Part shown: positions 45,615-56,167 of the stretch, piece after piece
Layout of the letters: each line of letters begins with the position of its first letter
How positions within the stretch are numbered: position 1 is the stretch's first letter
Origin: an uncultured Flavobacteriaceae bacterium
GTDB taxonomy: Bacteria > Bacteroidota > Bacteroidia > Flavobacteriales > Flavobacteriaceae
DNA length: 64,000 bases
Assembly: GCA_963972425.1 (NCBI GenBank)
Contig: CAXAUF010000010.1
Span: 3,013 to 67,012, forward strand
Direction: 5' to 3'
Notes under the pieces: generated by a model
The model's input: only the letters and a program-made list of their open reading frames with translations
Told to the model about the DNA's origin: nothing
Databases searched by the model: none
Position numbers and translations under genes: made by a program

Positions 45615-46642
45615 TTATTTTTATATTTATCTAAATACCAACTAATTGTTTTTTTAATTCCAGACTCAAAATTTTCATTTGCTTTCCAGCCTAAATCGGT
45701 TTCAATCTTTGTAGCATCAATAGCATACCTAAAATCATGACCCGGTCTGTCTGAAACAAAGGTAATTTGTTCCTTATATGCTGTAGCTTTTGGTTTTAAT
45801 TCGTCTAATGCTTCACATATTGTATGAGCAATATCTAAATTATTCCTTTCATTTTTCCCACCAATATTATAGGTTTCTCCAGCTTTTCCAGTTTGAAACG
45901 CTAGATGAATTCCTTTACAATGGTCTAAAACATACAACCAATCCCGTATATTTTTACCATCACCATAAATTGGAATATTTTCTCCAGCGATGGCTTTTCT
46001 AATGATGGTTGGTATCAACTTTTCATCATGTTGTTTTGGGCCGTAATTATTAGAGCAATTGGTAGTTACCACATTCATTCCATAGGTATGAAAATAACTA
46101 CGCACAATAAAATCTGATGATGCTTTAGACGCGCTATAAGGACTGTTTGGTGCGTAAGGTGTGGTTTCTGTAAATAAGCCTGTTTCACCTAATGTTCCAT
46201 AAACCTCATCGGTTGAAATATGTAAAAATCGATTATACTCACAGCCAGATTTGATTTGATTTGGACCATTCATCCAGTGGTTTTTTGCAACATCTAACAG
46301 GTTAAAAGTTCCAAAGACGTTTGTCTCTATGAAGGCGGCAGGATTTTTAATAGAATTATCTACATGAGATTCTGCAGCAAAATGAATGACACCATTAAAC
46401 TGATGTTTTTGGAATAACTCTTCAACTAATTCTCTGTTACAAATATCTCCTTCCACAAAATAATATCTATCGTTATCAGCTATTTCGTTTAAATTAGAAA
46501 GCTCACCTGCGTAAGTGAGCTTGTCTAAATTTACAATGGATATATCTTGAAAATTTTCAAGTAAATGAACTATAAAATTTGAGCCAATAAACCCAGCACC
46601 TCCAGTTATTAATAACGTGTTATGCTTCATAGTTATTGACAT
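45611..46642 (-). CDS. rfbB: dTDP-glucose 4,6-dehydratase
   Basis: [18 protein letters not shown] and YSASKASSD. The start may be the internal Met at 46630 ([11 protein letters not shown]). Confidence 0.93.
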   Translation of the reverse strand: MSITMKHNTLLITGGAGFIGSNFIVHLLENFQDISIVNLDKLTYAGELSNLNEIADNDRYYFVEGDICNRELVEELFQKHQFNGVIHFAAESHVDNSIKNPAAFIETNVFGTFNLLDVAKNHWMNGPNQIKSGCEYNRFLHISTDEVYGTLGETGLFTETTPYAPNSPYSASKASSDFIVRSYFHTYGMNVVTTNCSNNYGPKQHDEKLIPTIIRKAIAGENIPIYGDGKNIRDWLYVLDHCKGIHLAFQTGKAGETYNIGGKNERNNLDIAHTICEALDELKPKATAYKEQITFVSDRPGHDFRYAIDATKIETDLGWKANENFESGIKKTISWYLDKYKNK

Positions 46643-47687
46643 ATAATACGGTTTTCCTTGTTAGGTAAATTATACAAAGCAATACGAATGCTATTATTGG
46701 AAATAATAAAGAATAACGTTGGTTCCATTTAATAGTTTTTTTACCAATTTTCTGAAAACTTGAAATTACATCATAAAAAACGTCTTCATCCACCTTTTTC
46801 TCTTGTAACTCCCGTAATTGATTCCTTAAGCTAATTTCTTTTTCTAATAATTCGTATTCCCGTGTGTTAGATTTGTCTTTACCTAATGAAAACCCTTCAC
46901 CACCAATAGTAAATTCTGGTGCTTTGGCATTAGACTCACTCTCTAAAACATTAATATATATATTTTGTAATGAATCTACTTGTGCTAGCTGAACTATAAG
47001 ATTATTCTTTTGTATTGTAATTAAAGAATCTCTTTTAAGCATTCTTTTTTCTGAATAGGAATTTGTAAACGAATTTGTAATACCTTGCTCTAGTTTACTA
47101 AACACGTCTCTTTCGGAAGAAAAAGCGGATATTTGAAACAACTCCCCACTATAAATACTTCTGTTCTCGATAAAATCATCATAACTTAAAACGTTTGAAT
47201 TTATACTATCTAATGAGTTTATAAAATTACTATATTGAACTAATTTATCCGTTTCTGTTTCTGGTCCTGGTTCTATTTCAAAACCAAGAAGTACCGATGC
47301 ATCCTCTTTAGGTATTTCAAATATATTAGAAATATCTTCATAGTTCTCGTTAACTAATAAAGCGTTATAATAACCAATATTATTTACAAACTGATATTTA
47401 GAATCAAAATAAGGTCGGATCAGCATAGAGGAACTATATACATCAGGCTTACTGCGTTCTAAAATGTAACCAAGAATACCAGCCAAAATCATAACTATAA
47501 CAATAATTTTTATATTTATAACTACAGCCTTTAAAGTGTAAATTAGAACCGAAAAAATTTCTTTAAAAATACTGGAAATAAAATTAATAAATCTATTAAA
47601 AATGTTCCCTATGGCATTAAACAACTGTCCTAAATCAACTTCTTCCGAGTCATTTTGTTTGTTAGATTGTGGAGAATTCTCGTTCAT
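46620..47687 (-). CDS. Wzz-like chain-length-determinant protein without a kinase domain (tentative)
   Basis: 355 aa with TM1 (IIVIVMILAGILGYIL), a roughly 250-aa coiled/soluble loop and a C-terminal TM2 (LLFPIIAFVLLCIIYL). This is PCP-like topology in a glycan locus. Confidence 0.45.
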   Translation of the reverse strand: MNENSPQSNKQNDSEEVDLGQLFNAIGNIFNRFINFISSIFKEIFSVLIYTLKAVVINIKIIVIVMILAGILGYILERSKPDVYSSSMLIRPYFDSKYQFVNNIGYYNALLVNENYEDISNIFEIPKEDASVLLGFEIEPGPETETDKLVQYSNFINSLDSINSNVLSYDDFIENRSIYSGELFQISAFSSERDVFSKLEQGITNSFTNSYSEKRMLKRDSLITIQKNNLIVQLAQVDSLQNIYINVLESESNAKAPEFTIGGEGFSLGKDKSNTREYELLEKEISLRNQLRELQEKKVDEDVFYDVISSFQKIGKKTIKWNQRYSLLFPIIAFVLLCIIYLTRKTVLYVNNYEA

Positions 47688-47692
47688 ATAAA

Positions 47693-49387
47693 TTATTGAT
47701 TATTAAATATTTGTTGTAATATCTTTCTGGTTATTAAATAGGTTGGTTTTACACCTGATGTTCCTAATCCACCCGATGCTAATGTGCCTCCTGTTTCTAA
47801 AGGATTATCACTAGCATAATACGCATAACGCACTTTAACGTCTGGATTAATTGTTTTTCTTACTTTGGATGCCGACTGAATGGCTTTTTGATAATGTGCA
47901 CCTTCCATTTCAAGTCCTATAACATGCCATGTGGAGTTATAGAAAAATCTTAAAATATCTTTATTTTGTAATGATGTTCCTAAAACCGTTATCATGGAGC
48001 CTTCAAAAACAGCCAAACCATGACCATCTAAATCTGATTTAGATAATTCATTTACAAATGGATAATTATCTGCTGTACCTTCAAAAATATGAGCCGACGG
48101 TATCATAATATCTCCTTTTCCTCCTTCTAAAATTCCTGCTTTACCCATTATTGAAATAGAGGCTACTTGTAATTGAATATCCTTATTATCTATAAATGCA
48201 GGCTTTAGCAATTCGTCAATAGTTTCATAGGCTTGCTCTCCAAAAGCATAATCCATAACAAATATAATAGGTTTTTCGGTTTTCTTGTCGGTTTTAGTAA
48301 TTTCTAAATCAGTTTTAGTTAAATCTAACTTTTCTGTGTCAAAAATTTGAACATCAATATTAGTTCCAGAAGTATCTGGTATATAAATCATACCATTTTG
48401 CAAGGCTTGTTTTGTTACCTTGTCACGTAACGATTCATTTTCTTTTTTACTTATTTCTTCGTAAACCTGAAAAATGGTTTTTTTACCTAGTAAACTTTTT
48501 AAAGCTGTTGGTGCATAAAGTGTATTCATTACACTATGCATATTAGCACTTATAATATGAATGGGTCTTTCTATAAGGTTGTTTTTATGCAAAACATCTT
48601 TAATATTATCAGCCCAAATTTCACCATGAATATGATGCCCTAAACGTTCTCTTAAAACAGGACTAAATGTAATAGTCCGTTTATTATTATTAACAACTTC
48701 CTCTATGGCTAATTTTCCCAACCAATACACAATATGTAATAAACGTTCAGGTTGTTCAGGGGTCTGAAATTGTGAGTAAACAAAACGTAACTCATCAAAA
48801 GTTCTTCCTAAAATATTTGCTGTGTGCGTAATTGCAACTTCACGCTCATTTTGCGTGAGTTTCTTTTTGGACAAAACAGCTTTTTCTAACTTAATCCAAT
48901 CCCGAGTGGTTCCACCTGACTCATCTATTAGAACGCGTTTGCTAATTTTATGGGACTCCACAAACATAAACGTCAAGTGCGTTAGAATATCATAAATTTC
49001 CGATCGTCCTCTGGTAATTTCAATATTCATTTGTTCATCGTCTATACGATAACAATTTCTGCGTCTTTTTGGTGGAATAATGGCTTTAAAATGTGAATTT
49101 CCATAACCTTCATCACTAGTTAGGTTAATAAACATGCACTCTTCTATACCTTGTGGTAATCTATCAATTACATACAAAAGGCCTTCTAATTCTGCCTTTT
49201 CATCACCAATAGATCCATAAATTTCAGGACGCAAAAGTAATAAAGCCTCACGAAGCGTTTCACCTGAAACACCCATAGGCTTATAAAAACCACGATTGAA
49301 CAAATGTCTCATGGTAATGTACATTCTTTCTATTGCATTTGAGCTTTCTTGGGCTCTCGTTCTAGCATGATGCTTTTTCTTATTCAT
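47693..49387 (-). CDS. Large conserved hypothetical protein with a C-terminal nucleoside-phosphorylase/MTAN-like region (possibly DUF6909)
   Basis: 564 aa. The C-terminal third has IIFVMDYAFGEQA, ISIMGKAGILEGGKGDIMIPSAHI and VIGLEMEGAHY, resembling PNP_UDP-fold signatures. The N-terminal ~350 aa are unassigned. Confidence 0.45.
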   Translation of the reverse strand: MNKKKHHARTRAQESSNAIERMYITMRHLFNRGFYKPMGVSGETLREALLLLRPEIYGSIGDEKAELEGLLYVIDRLPQGIEECMFINLTSDEGYGNSHFKAIIPPKRRRNCYRIDDEQMNIEITRGRSEIYDILTHLTFMFVESHKISKRVLIDESGGTTRDWIKLEKAVLSKKKLTQNEREVAITHTANILGRTFDELRFVYSQFQTPEQPERLLHIVYWLGKLAIEEVVNNNKRTITFSPVLRERLGHHIHGEIWADNIKDVLHKNNLIERPIHIISANMHSVMNTLYAPTALKSLLGKKTIFQVYEEISKKENESLRDKVTKQALQNGMIYIPDTSGTNIDVQIFDTEKLDLTKTDLEITKTDKKTEKPIIFVMDYAFGEQAYETIDELLKPAFIDNKDIQLQVASISIMGKAGILEGGKGDIMIPSAHIFEGTADNYPFVNELSKSDLDGHGLAVFEGSMITVLGTSLQNKDILRFFYNSTWHVIGLEMEGAHYQKAIQSASKVRKTINPDVKVRYAYYASDNPLETGGTLASGGLGTSGVKPTYLITRKILQQIFNNQ

Positions 49388-49415
49388 TTAAACTGTTTAA
49401 TTCTCAAATATACTA

Positions 49416-50918
49416 TTATTTAATCAAATTCAAATCGTAGATTTTATCTGCAATTTTCCTATCGTTTGATAAACGCGGTAGTTTATTCTGTCCTCCTAAT
49501 TTTCCTATGGATTTCATGTAATCTTGAAAGCCATTTTTATTAATCTCTGTTATTTTTAAGGGTTGTAAAACCTTACCCTTAATTAAATCCAAATAATAAC
49601 TATTTTGATTTTGAAGAGCAGCATCAATTTTTGCTGCTAATTGTGAAACATCCTCAACGTTATTCTCAAACTCTATAAACCACTCATGAAACGGTAAACC
49701 TGATTCTGGCGTAATTTGCGGCGCAACCGTAAATTCTGAAATTCGAAAATTGGTTCCTTCAATTGCTTCTTTTAACGCGTGTTCTACTTCTTTTCCAATA
49801 ACATGTTCTCCGAAAGCTGAAATAAAATGTTTTATCCTTCCTGATACAATTACACGATAGGGTTTTATTGATGTAAACATAACGGTATCTCCAACATTAT
49901 AAGCCCAGAGTCCTGCGTTTGTTGAAATAATCATGACATAATTAACGCCAATTTCAACATCTTTAAGCGTTAATCTGGTTGGTTTTTTATCGAAAAAAGT
50001 GTCAGCTGAAACAAATTCATAAAAAATCCCGGAGTTTAAAAGCAACAACATCCCTTTTTCATGCTGTTTATCTTGATAAGCGAAAAAGCCTTCGCTTGCT
50101 GGATATAACTCGATACTATCCACTTGTCTACCTATTAAATTTTCAAACTTGGCACGATAGGGTTCATAATTAACACCTCCAAAAATAAAGAGGTTGAAGT
50201 TTTTAAAAACATCACCAACCTTCTTACCTGTTTTCTGCTGAATTTTCTCAAAATACATTTGTACCCAAGATGGAATTCCAGAAATAACAGTCATGTTTTC
50301 TGGAAGCGTTTCTTTAACAATAGCTTCAACTTTGGTTTCCCAATCTTCAATACAATTAGTTTCCCATGAAGGCATGCGGTTTTTTTGAAGATATTCTGGT
50401 ACAAAATGCGCCACAATTCCTGATAAACGACCCAATTGAATACCGTTCTGTTCATGTAAAACAGGACTTCCTTGTAAAAATATCATTTTTCCAGAAACAA
50501 AATGTGAATTACCCGTTTCGTGTATGTAAGATAAAATAGCATTCCGCGCAGCCGTAACATGCGTTGGCATACTTTCTTTGGTTAACGGAATATATTTAGC
50601 GCCAGATGTGGTTCCAGATGTTTTAGCAAAATACAGGGGTTTTCCTGTCCATAACACATCTAGTTCGCCAGCAACAACCCGTTCCACATACGGTTTTAAA
50701 TCTTCGTAATCTCGGATAGGTACACGTTTAACAAAATCGGAATAATTATTAATACTTACAAAATCATGATCGGTTCCAAAAGCTGTAGAAGTTGCTTGAC
50801 TAATAAGTTCCTGAAATACGTGTTCTTGTGTTTGAATAGGGTTATCAATCCACTTTTTTTCTTTTCTAATAATATAACTTGCGAATGGTTTCGCTAGTAA
50901 AGCTTTTAGTGAAACCAT
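49416..50918 (-). CDS. GH3-family acyl-adenylate/amido synthetase homolog
   Basis: 500 aa with FAKTSGTTSGAKYIP (the GH3 and ANL-like P-loop) and a later YNVGD. It is the bacterial GH3 auxin-responsive-promoter family type. Confidence 0.75.
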   Translation of the reverse strand: MVSLKALLAKPFASYIIRKEKKWIDNPIQTQEHVFQELISQATSTAFGTDHDFVSINNYSDFVKRVPIRDYEDLKPYVERVVAGELDVLWTGKPLYFAKTSGTTSGAKYIPLTKESMPTHVTAARNAILSYIHETGNSHFVSGKMIFLQGSPVLHEQNGIQLGRLSGIVAHFVPEYLQKNRMPSWETNCIEDWETKVEAIVKETLPENMTVISGIPSWVQMYFEKIQQKTGKKVGDVFKNFNLFIFGGVNYEPYRAKFENLIGRQVDSIELYPASEGFFAYQDKQHEKGMLLLLNSGIFYEFVSADTFFDKKPTRLTLKDVEIGVNYVMIISTNAGLWAYNVGDTVMFTSIKPYRVIVSGRIKHFISAFGEHVIGKEVEHALKEAIEGTNFRISEFTVAPQITPESGLPFHEWFIEFENNVEDVSQLAAKIDAALQNQNSYYLDLIKGKVLQPLKITEINKNGFQDYMKSIGKLGGQNKLPRLSNDRKIADKIYDLNLIK

Positions 50919-51796
50919 TATTTAAAGTCTATAAAATTTGTTGGATTAATTGGATATCCATCACTCCACAATTCAAAATGCAAGTGAGGCCCTGTGGTCA
51001 TTTCGCCTGTATTTCCTGTTGTAGCAATCACTTCGCCAGCGGTAACAACATCACCTTGTGCTTTTGTCAGCATGGCATTGTGTTTATAAACTGAAATTAA
51101 ACTCTGACTGTGTTCTAGAATAATAACATAGCCTGCTTCGGTTGTCCAATCTGCAAAAATGACGGTTCCATCTGCTGTTGCTTTTACTGGTGTGTCTGTT
51201 TCTACAACAATATCTACTGCAAAATGTTTTTCTTTAACGTTATATTCTTGAGAAATACTACCTGAAACTGGTGGAAATAATATAAAACTGGAGTTGAGTT
51301 TTGCCGACTCAAACAAATTATATTTATCTTCTTTTTTTACTTTTTCTCGTAATAAAGAATCTTCTTTCGTTGGTGATAAATCATAGGATTTAGCCTCTTG
51401 TCTGGTGGCTTCAATAATAGAATCCTTATTAAAATCTATTGTATCTACTTCGCCATAAAGTACTTTTTTTATGGATGAAAAATATTGTTCATTTACTGCT
51501 ATTACTTGCTGTAAAGAATCTGTTTTATAATTCAATTCGGTAGCGCGCTTTTTTAGTGCTACGGATGAATAACCAGGAATATATTCCCGAAGTGGTGTAA
51601 AAGCAATTAGAATGGTTGTAGCAACAATTAAGAAAATAGCCGATAATGATAATAAAACAAACACATTCAGTCGTGTTAATTTTAAAGATATACGCTCTTC
51701 AAAAGTATCTTCGTTTAAAACAACTAAACGGTACTTATTAAGTAGTTTCTTGGTAAACTTTCTGGGTTTCTTCTTTTTATCAGCCATAGGTCTCAC
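50918..51796 (-). CDS. M23-family metallopeptidase with an N-terminal membrane anchor
   Basis: TM anchor LSLSAIFLIVATTILIAF. The C-terminus has HFAVDI and GNTGEMTTGPHLHFELW (H-x-H). Confidence 0.88.
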   Translation of the reverse strand: MRPMADKKKKPRKFTKKLLNKYRLVVLNEDTFEERISLKLTRLNVFVLLSLSAIFLIVATTILIAFTPLREYIPGYSSVALKKRATELNYKTDSLQQVIAVNEQYFSSIKKVLYGEVDTIDFNKDSIIEATRQEAKSYDLSPTKEDSLLREKVKKEDKYNLFESAKLNSSFILFPPVSGSISQEYNVKEKHFAVDIVVETDTPVKATADGTVIFADWTTEAGYVIILEHSQSLISVYKHNAMLTKAQGDVVTAGEVIATTGNTGEMTTGPHLHFELWSDGYPINPTNFIDFK

Positions 51797-51905
51797 AAAA
51801 TTAATTAAAATTATGGCACAATCGTATTTAGTTCATGCTAAAGTTGGTGTTAAAACGTTTATATTAAACTTTAATTATTAACTTTGTACTTTAAAATAAA
51901 ATACG

Positions 51906-52082
51906 ATGATTTCATTAAGTATATTTTTAGCCCCAGGACCATGGCAAATTGTTTTAATTGTCGTGGTTGTTTTACTGTTGTTTGGCGGTAAAAAAATCCC
52001 TGAATTAATGCGTGGTTTAGGTAGCGGAATTAAAGAATTTAAAGACGCTAGTAAAGAAGAAGAAACTGATAAAAAAGAGTAA
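51906..52082 (+). CDS. tatA: Twin-arginine translocase subunit TatA/E
   Basis: Not in the ORF track because it is 58 aa. My translation is [58 protein letters not shown], which contains the canonical LLFG..K(I/L)P.L...LG..I..FK signature. A strong terminator follows. Confidence 0.85.
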   Translation: MISLSIFLAPGPWQIVLIVVVVLLLFGGKKIPELMRGLGSGIKEFKDASKEEETDKKE

Positions 52083-52100
52083 TCTTTTTTAATACATACG

Positions 52101-52135
52101 AAAAAACCCAACCTGTTATCAAGTTGGGTTTTTTT
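52101..52135. terminator. Bidirectional rho-independent terminator between tatA (+) and the lipoprotein gene (-)
   Basis: aaaaaacccaac-ctgttatcaa-gttgggtttttt. The GC core cccaac/gttggg is flanked by an A-run and a T-run, so it works on both strands. Confidence 0.8.
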
Positions 52136-52157
52136 GTATTTTGTAATGACTATATTT

Positions 52158-53135
52158 TTACTGAAAATCTATCGATTTAATAATCGCTTCCAACTCAAAC
52201 ATATAGTCGCGCTTTTCAACTGAAGGTGCAAAAGCAAAACCTTCAATTACTAATAGTCTATTATTGGCTTTATCATCTATAACATAGTTAACAAATGGCC
52301 CAGACATAAAGGCATTTTTTACATCCCAAATTCCTCTAGTTTCAATGGCTGGTTTATCATTTATAGTTGTTTTTGCTAAAAACGGCGTGTAAGCATCTTC
52401 GGTTATCATAAACGAACCATCTAGAGGTCCAGGAATGTGTACTTTTCCAATGGAATCTCTCATTTTAATTATCTGACTAACAACACTATCATTATCTTTA
52501 ATGCCATTGTAAGGCAACTCATACAATAAAATATTGGTAGTTCCTGTGGTAATATCTTTACGAATCCAGTAGAACTTTCCGTCTTCTGTAGCAATTCTAT
52601 AAGCTGATGGAAATTTAATAGTAATTCCAAGTTTTTCTTTTATGGTATTATTTTCATGAACAGATAATTTAATACGACGCTGTTGTTCTTTTATTTCTTC
52701 ATTTTTTAAAGCCATAACAATTTGTTCGGCATTGTCTCTTAATTGTTGTGAAATGATATCATTAGATTTCCCTGAAACAACTACAACGCGTTGTGGTCTG
52801 GCAAATAGATTATTAGCAATTTTTACATTTGATGAATCGCTTTTTTCAATTTTTAAAACAATACGACTTTGTTGTGCAAAACCCGTAAAAACAACTGGTG
52901 GAAGCTGACTTAAAATAAAAAGCGGTTCGTCCTGCGGTAAGCCATGAACTGGTGCAGCTAAAATACTTCGTATGGTTTCTCCTATTTCCCCTTCCCATAA
53001 ATCATTATCTATAACAACTGATAAATTATTAATTTTACCGGAAGATTGTGACAATATGCGTTTATTTGAAGATTTACCTTCGTTACATGACGTCATTACT
53101 AGGAATGACAAGAAAACAAGTAAAAATTTTTGCAT
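52158..53135 (-). CDS. Lipoprotein of unknown function (possibly DUF4837)
   Basis: 325 aa with a signal and lipobox (LLVFLSFLVMTSC) and no catalytic motif. The family name is from memory. Confidence 0.45.
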   Translation of the reverse strand: MQKFLLVFLSFLVMTSCNEGKSSNKRILSQSSGKINNLSVVIDNDLWEGEIGETIRSILAAPVHGLPQDEPLFILSQLPPVVFTGFAQQSRIVLKIEKSDSSNVKIANNLFARPQRVVVVSGKSNDIISQQLRDNAEQIVMALKNEEIKEQQRRIKLSVHENNTIKEKLGITIKFPSAYRIATEDGKFYWIRKDITTGTTNILLYELPYNGIKDNDSVVSQIIKMRDSIGKVHIPGPLDGSFMITEDAYTPFLAKTTINDKPAIETRGIWDVKNAFMSGPFVNYVIDDKANNRLLVIEGFAFAPSVEKRDYMFELEAIIKSIDFQ

Positions 53136-53157
53136 GATAATAAGAAGTTTATATTAA

Positions 53158-54756
53158 TTAGCCTTTGGAAAGTTTTAATGTCATTCCTGGTTTTAAATTA
53201 TTACTGCTAATATCGTTCCAATCTCGAATATTTTGAACAGAAATACCTGGGAATTTTTGCGAAATACTCCAAAGGGAATCACCACGCTTTACAATATAAG
53301 TGTTTGGTGTTGATTTAGAGCTGGTTGAGCTAGTTGTTGAACTACTCGTTTTGGCGACTGGATTTCTTGGATAAATAGTTAAACGTTGCCCAATTCGCAA
53401 ATTATTACTTCGTAATCCATTCCATTGTTTTATTTGACTGACACGAACACCATATTTTCTAGCTATTAAACCTAAATAATCGCCAGATTTTACTTTATAA
53501 CGGACTTTACTTTCACTTTCAAAAAACTGTGGTAATGGTTTTTCTTTTGCATCAAATTCCGTTTTTGCTGCTGTGTAAATCGTACTTTCATTTGCAACAA
53601 AAGTGCCTACAGCTGTAATTGGCAAACGCAAGGCATAATTTTCTGCAGGAATAAATGGTATAATATCCAATTTATAGGACGGATTTAAAAACTGCAACTC
53701 TTCCATATTAACACCTGTAGCCTCAGACACTTGATCTAACGTAATCATTTGTTTTACACGAATAGTATCTGTTTCAAAATGATGAAATGCTGGCTTTTCA
53801 GCAACTAATCCGTGTTCTTCAGCATACTCAAAAATATACATAGTAGCTAAAAAAGCGGGAAGATATCCTGCTGTTTCTCGTGGTAAATTATGGCGAATAT
53901 TCCAGTAATTCTCATAACCACCAGAACGTCTAATGGCCTTTAACACATTTCCTGGTCCTGAATTATAAGCTGCTAATGCTAAATCCCAGTCGCCAAACGT
54001 GGCATATAAAGCTGATAAATATTTTGCTGCTGCTTTCGTGGATTTTATAGGATCGCTACGTTCATCCACATAACTACTCACATTTAAACCATATTCTTTT
54101 CCGGTTGCAAACATAAACTGCCATAAACCTGTTGCACCAACTCGCGATCTTGCTCTGGGTTTTAAAGCAGATTCCACGATAGCTAAATATTTAACTTCTA
54201 AAGGAACGTCTTCTGCATCTAGTTCTTGTTCAAACATGGGAAAGTAAAAATGACTCAAACCCATGATTCGTTCAAAATAACCACGCCTGTTTTTTAAAAA
54301 CCCTTTAATTACGCTTTCTAAAGATGGATTATAAGCAATATTAAAAGGTGTTTTAGCATTTAACCGTTCCAAACGTGCTTTTAATGTATCAGTTGGTAAT
54401 TCTGGAAAATAAACTTCTTTGTAATCTAACTCTGAAATAACATTATAAAGCGTATCGTACAAAGCATTACTGTATAGTTCTTCGCGCCATTTTTGGTCTA
54501 ATTCCGCAGTAAATTCTAAATCTGTTAGCGATTTAAGATCTACTGAATCTGTTTCAACTTCAATTTGTTTGTTATAAACCTGTTGACCATCAACTATAGT
54601 GTCCTTTTTATATGTTTCAGCAGCTTCTAACGGTTGAGACGGAATATGGGTTTTTACAACTTTCTTTGGAATAGAATCTTGCGCATATATCATTCCGACA
54701 GAAAAAATCACTGTAAAAAGGCTTAAAGCGACTTTCTTTTTAGTTATACAGTTCAC
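53158..54756 (-). CDS. Lytic murein transglycosylase (MltD-like) with two C-terminal LysM domains
   Basis: SLT motif AIVESALKPRARSRVGATGLWQFM and AYNSGPGN. LysM repeats YKVKSGDYLGLIARKYGV and YIVKRGDSLWSISQKF are separated by a Ser/Thr linker. Confidence 0.88.
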   Translation of the reverse strand: MNCITKKKVALSLFTVIFSVGMIYAQDSIPKKVVKTHIPSQPLEAAETYKKDTIVDGQQVYNKQIEVETDSVDLKSLTDLEFTAELDQKWREELYSNALYDTLYNVISELDYKEVYFPELPTDTLKARLERLNAKTPFNIAYNPSLESVIKGFLKNRRGYFERIMGLSHFYFPMFEQELDAEDVPLEVKYLAIVESALKPRARSRVGATGLWQFMFATGKEYGLNVSSYVDERSDPIKSTKAAAKYLSALYATFGDWDLALAAYNSGPGNVLKAIRRSGGYENYWNIRHNLPRETAGYLPAFLATMYIFEYAEEHGLVAEKPAFHHFETDTIRVKQMITLDQVSEATGVNMEELQFLNPSYKLDIIPFIPAENYALRLPITAVGTFVANESTIYTAAKTEFDAKEKPLPQFFESESKVRYKVKSGDYLGLIARKYGVRVSQIKQWNGLRSNNLRIGQRLTIYPRNPVAKTSSSTTSSTSSKSTPNTYIVKRGDSLWSISQKFPGISVQNIRDWNDISSNNLKPGMTLKLSKG

Positions 54757-54792
54757 GTATTTAGGTTTTAAAATTTGGGATGTTATTTTATA

Positions 54793-55980
54793 TTATTCTA
54801 AAATTGCAGCAATTCCAGGAAGTGTTTTACCTTCTAGACTTTCTAACATAGCGCCTCCTCCAGTGCTTACGTAACTAACTTGATCATCAAAACCAAATTG
54901 CTTTACAGCTGCAACAGAATCGCCTCCTCCTACTAACGAAAAAGCACCTTCTTTTGTTGCCTCTGCAATGGCATAACCTAATGCTATTGTGCCTTTTGCA
55001 AAGTTTGGCATTTCAAAAACACCAAGCGGTCCATTCCATAATATGGTTTTAGATTCTTTAACCACTTGTGCGAAATTTTCTTCAGTTACAGGACCAACAT
55101 CCAATCCCATCCAACCATCTGGAATTTCGTTTACTGCACAAGTATTAGTGTGTGCATTATTATCAAAAGCATCTGCTATAATGGCGTCTACAGGTAAATG
55201 GACTTGTACATTTTTAAGTTTAGCTTTTTCTAAAATGGCATTAGCAAGTTCCATTTTGTCATCTTCCACAAGGGAATTTCCTATGTTACCACCTTGGGCT
55301 TTTATGAAGGTAAATGTCATACCACCTCCAATAATTAAATGATCAATCTTGTCTAAAATATTATCAATAATCGTAATTTTACTGGATACTTTTGCACCTC
55401 CTAAAATAGCACATACAGGCTTTTCACCCGTATTCATAACTTTATCAATACTTTTTATTTCTTGTGCTAACAAATAACCAAAACACTTATTGCCAGGAAA
55501 AAATTTAGCTACAATAGTGGTGGATGCATGCGCTCTATGAGCTGTTCCAAAAGCATCATTCACATAAATATCTCCTAATTTAGCTAATTGATTTGCAAAA
55601 TCTTCATTTCCAGACGTTTCTTCTTCGTGAAAACGTAAATTTTCTAATAAAATAATCTGACCTGGTTCTAATTTATTTACAGCGTTTTCAGCCTCTTCAC
55701 CCACGCAATTAGGAACAAATATTACTTCAACTCCTAAAATATCTTCTACTTTATCAGCAATATGCTTTAATGAAAATTTATGCTCAACACCTTTTGGTCT
55801 GCCTAAATGCGACATTAATACACAACTTCCGCCATCTTCTAAAATCTTAATAATTGTTGGTTTTGCCGCAAGAATACGTGTGGTATCACCAACATTGAGG
55901 TTATCGTCTAAAGGCACATTAAAATCTACACGAATTAAGGCTTTTTTGTTTTCAAAATTAAAATCATCTAATGTTTTCAT
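54793..55980 (-). CDS. pgk: Phosphoglycerate kinase
   Basis: [16 protein letters not shown] and a full-length 395 aa. Confidence 0.96.
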   Translation of the reverse strand: MKTLDDFNFENKKALIRVDFNVPLDDNLNVGDTTRILAAKPTIIKILEDGGSCVLMSHLGRPKGVEHKFSLKHIADKVEDILGVEVIFVPNCVGEEAENAVNKLEPGQIILLENLRFHEEETSGNEDFANQLAKLGDIYVNDAFGTAHRAHASTTIVAKFFPGNKCFGYLLAQEIKSIDKVMNTGEKPVCAILGGAKVSSKITIIDNILDKIDHLIIGGGMTFTFIKAQGGNIGNSLVEDDKMELANAILEKAKLKNVQVHLPVDAIIADAFDNNAHTNTCAVNEIPDGWMGLDVGPVTEENFAQVVKESKTILWNGPLGVFEMPNFAKGTIALGYAIAEATKEGAFSLVGGGDSVAAVKQFGFDDQVSYVSTGGGAMLESLEGKTLPGIAAILE

Positions 55981-56167
55981 ATTGAAATTGTTGTATAATT
56001 TTTTAAATTAAAATTTTATTTAATATCAAAGTTTCACAAATATATATTTTTCAGCTAATACTAACTTAAATTTTAGGCTTACTTTAATAGTATTCTATCA
56101 AATTAAAAGCGCCTTTCTTTTAAAGTCTGTTCCATAAAAAATGAAAAAAAATATGTAGGTTTGCTAT

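Noticed and set aside
51878-52111. 77-aa minus-strand ORF ([16 protein letters not shown]...)
   Set aside because: It lies exactly antisense to a canonical tatA plus its terminator. It has an odd composition and no start context.
54989-55342. 117-aa plus-strand ORF inside pgk
   Set aside because: It is antisense to pgk.
56103-56123. Hairpin ttaaaag-cgccttt-cttttaa upstream of holB
   Set aside because: It is a 7-bp, nearly all-A/T stem in an AT-rich spacer, too weak to call a terminator or regulatory structure.
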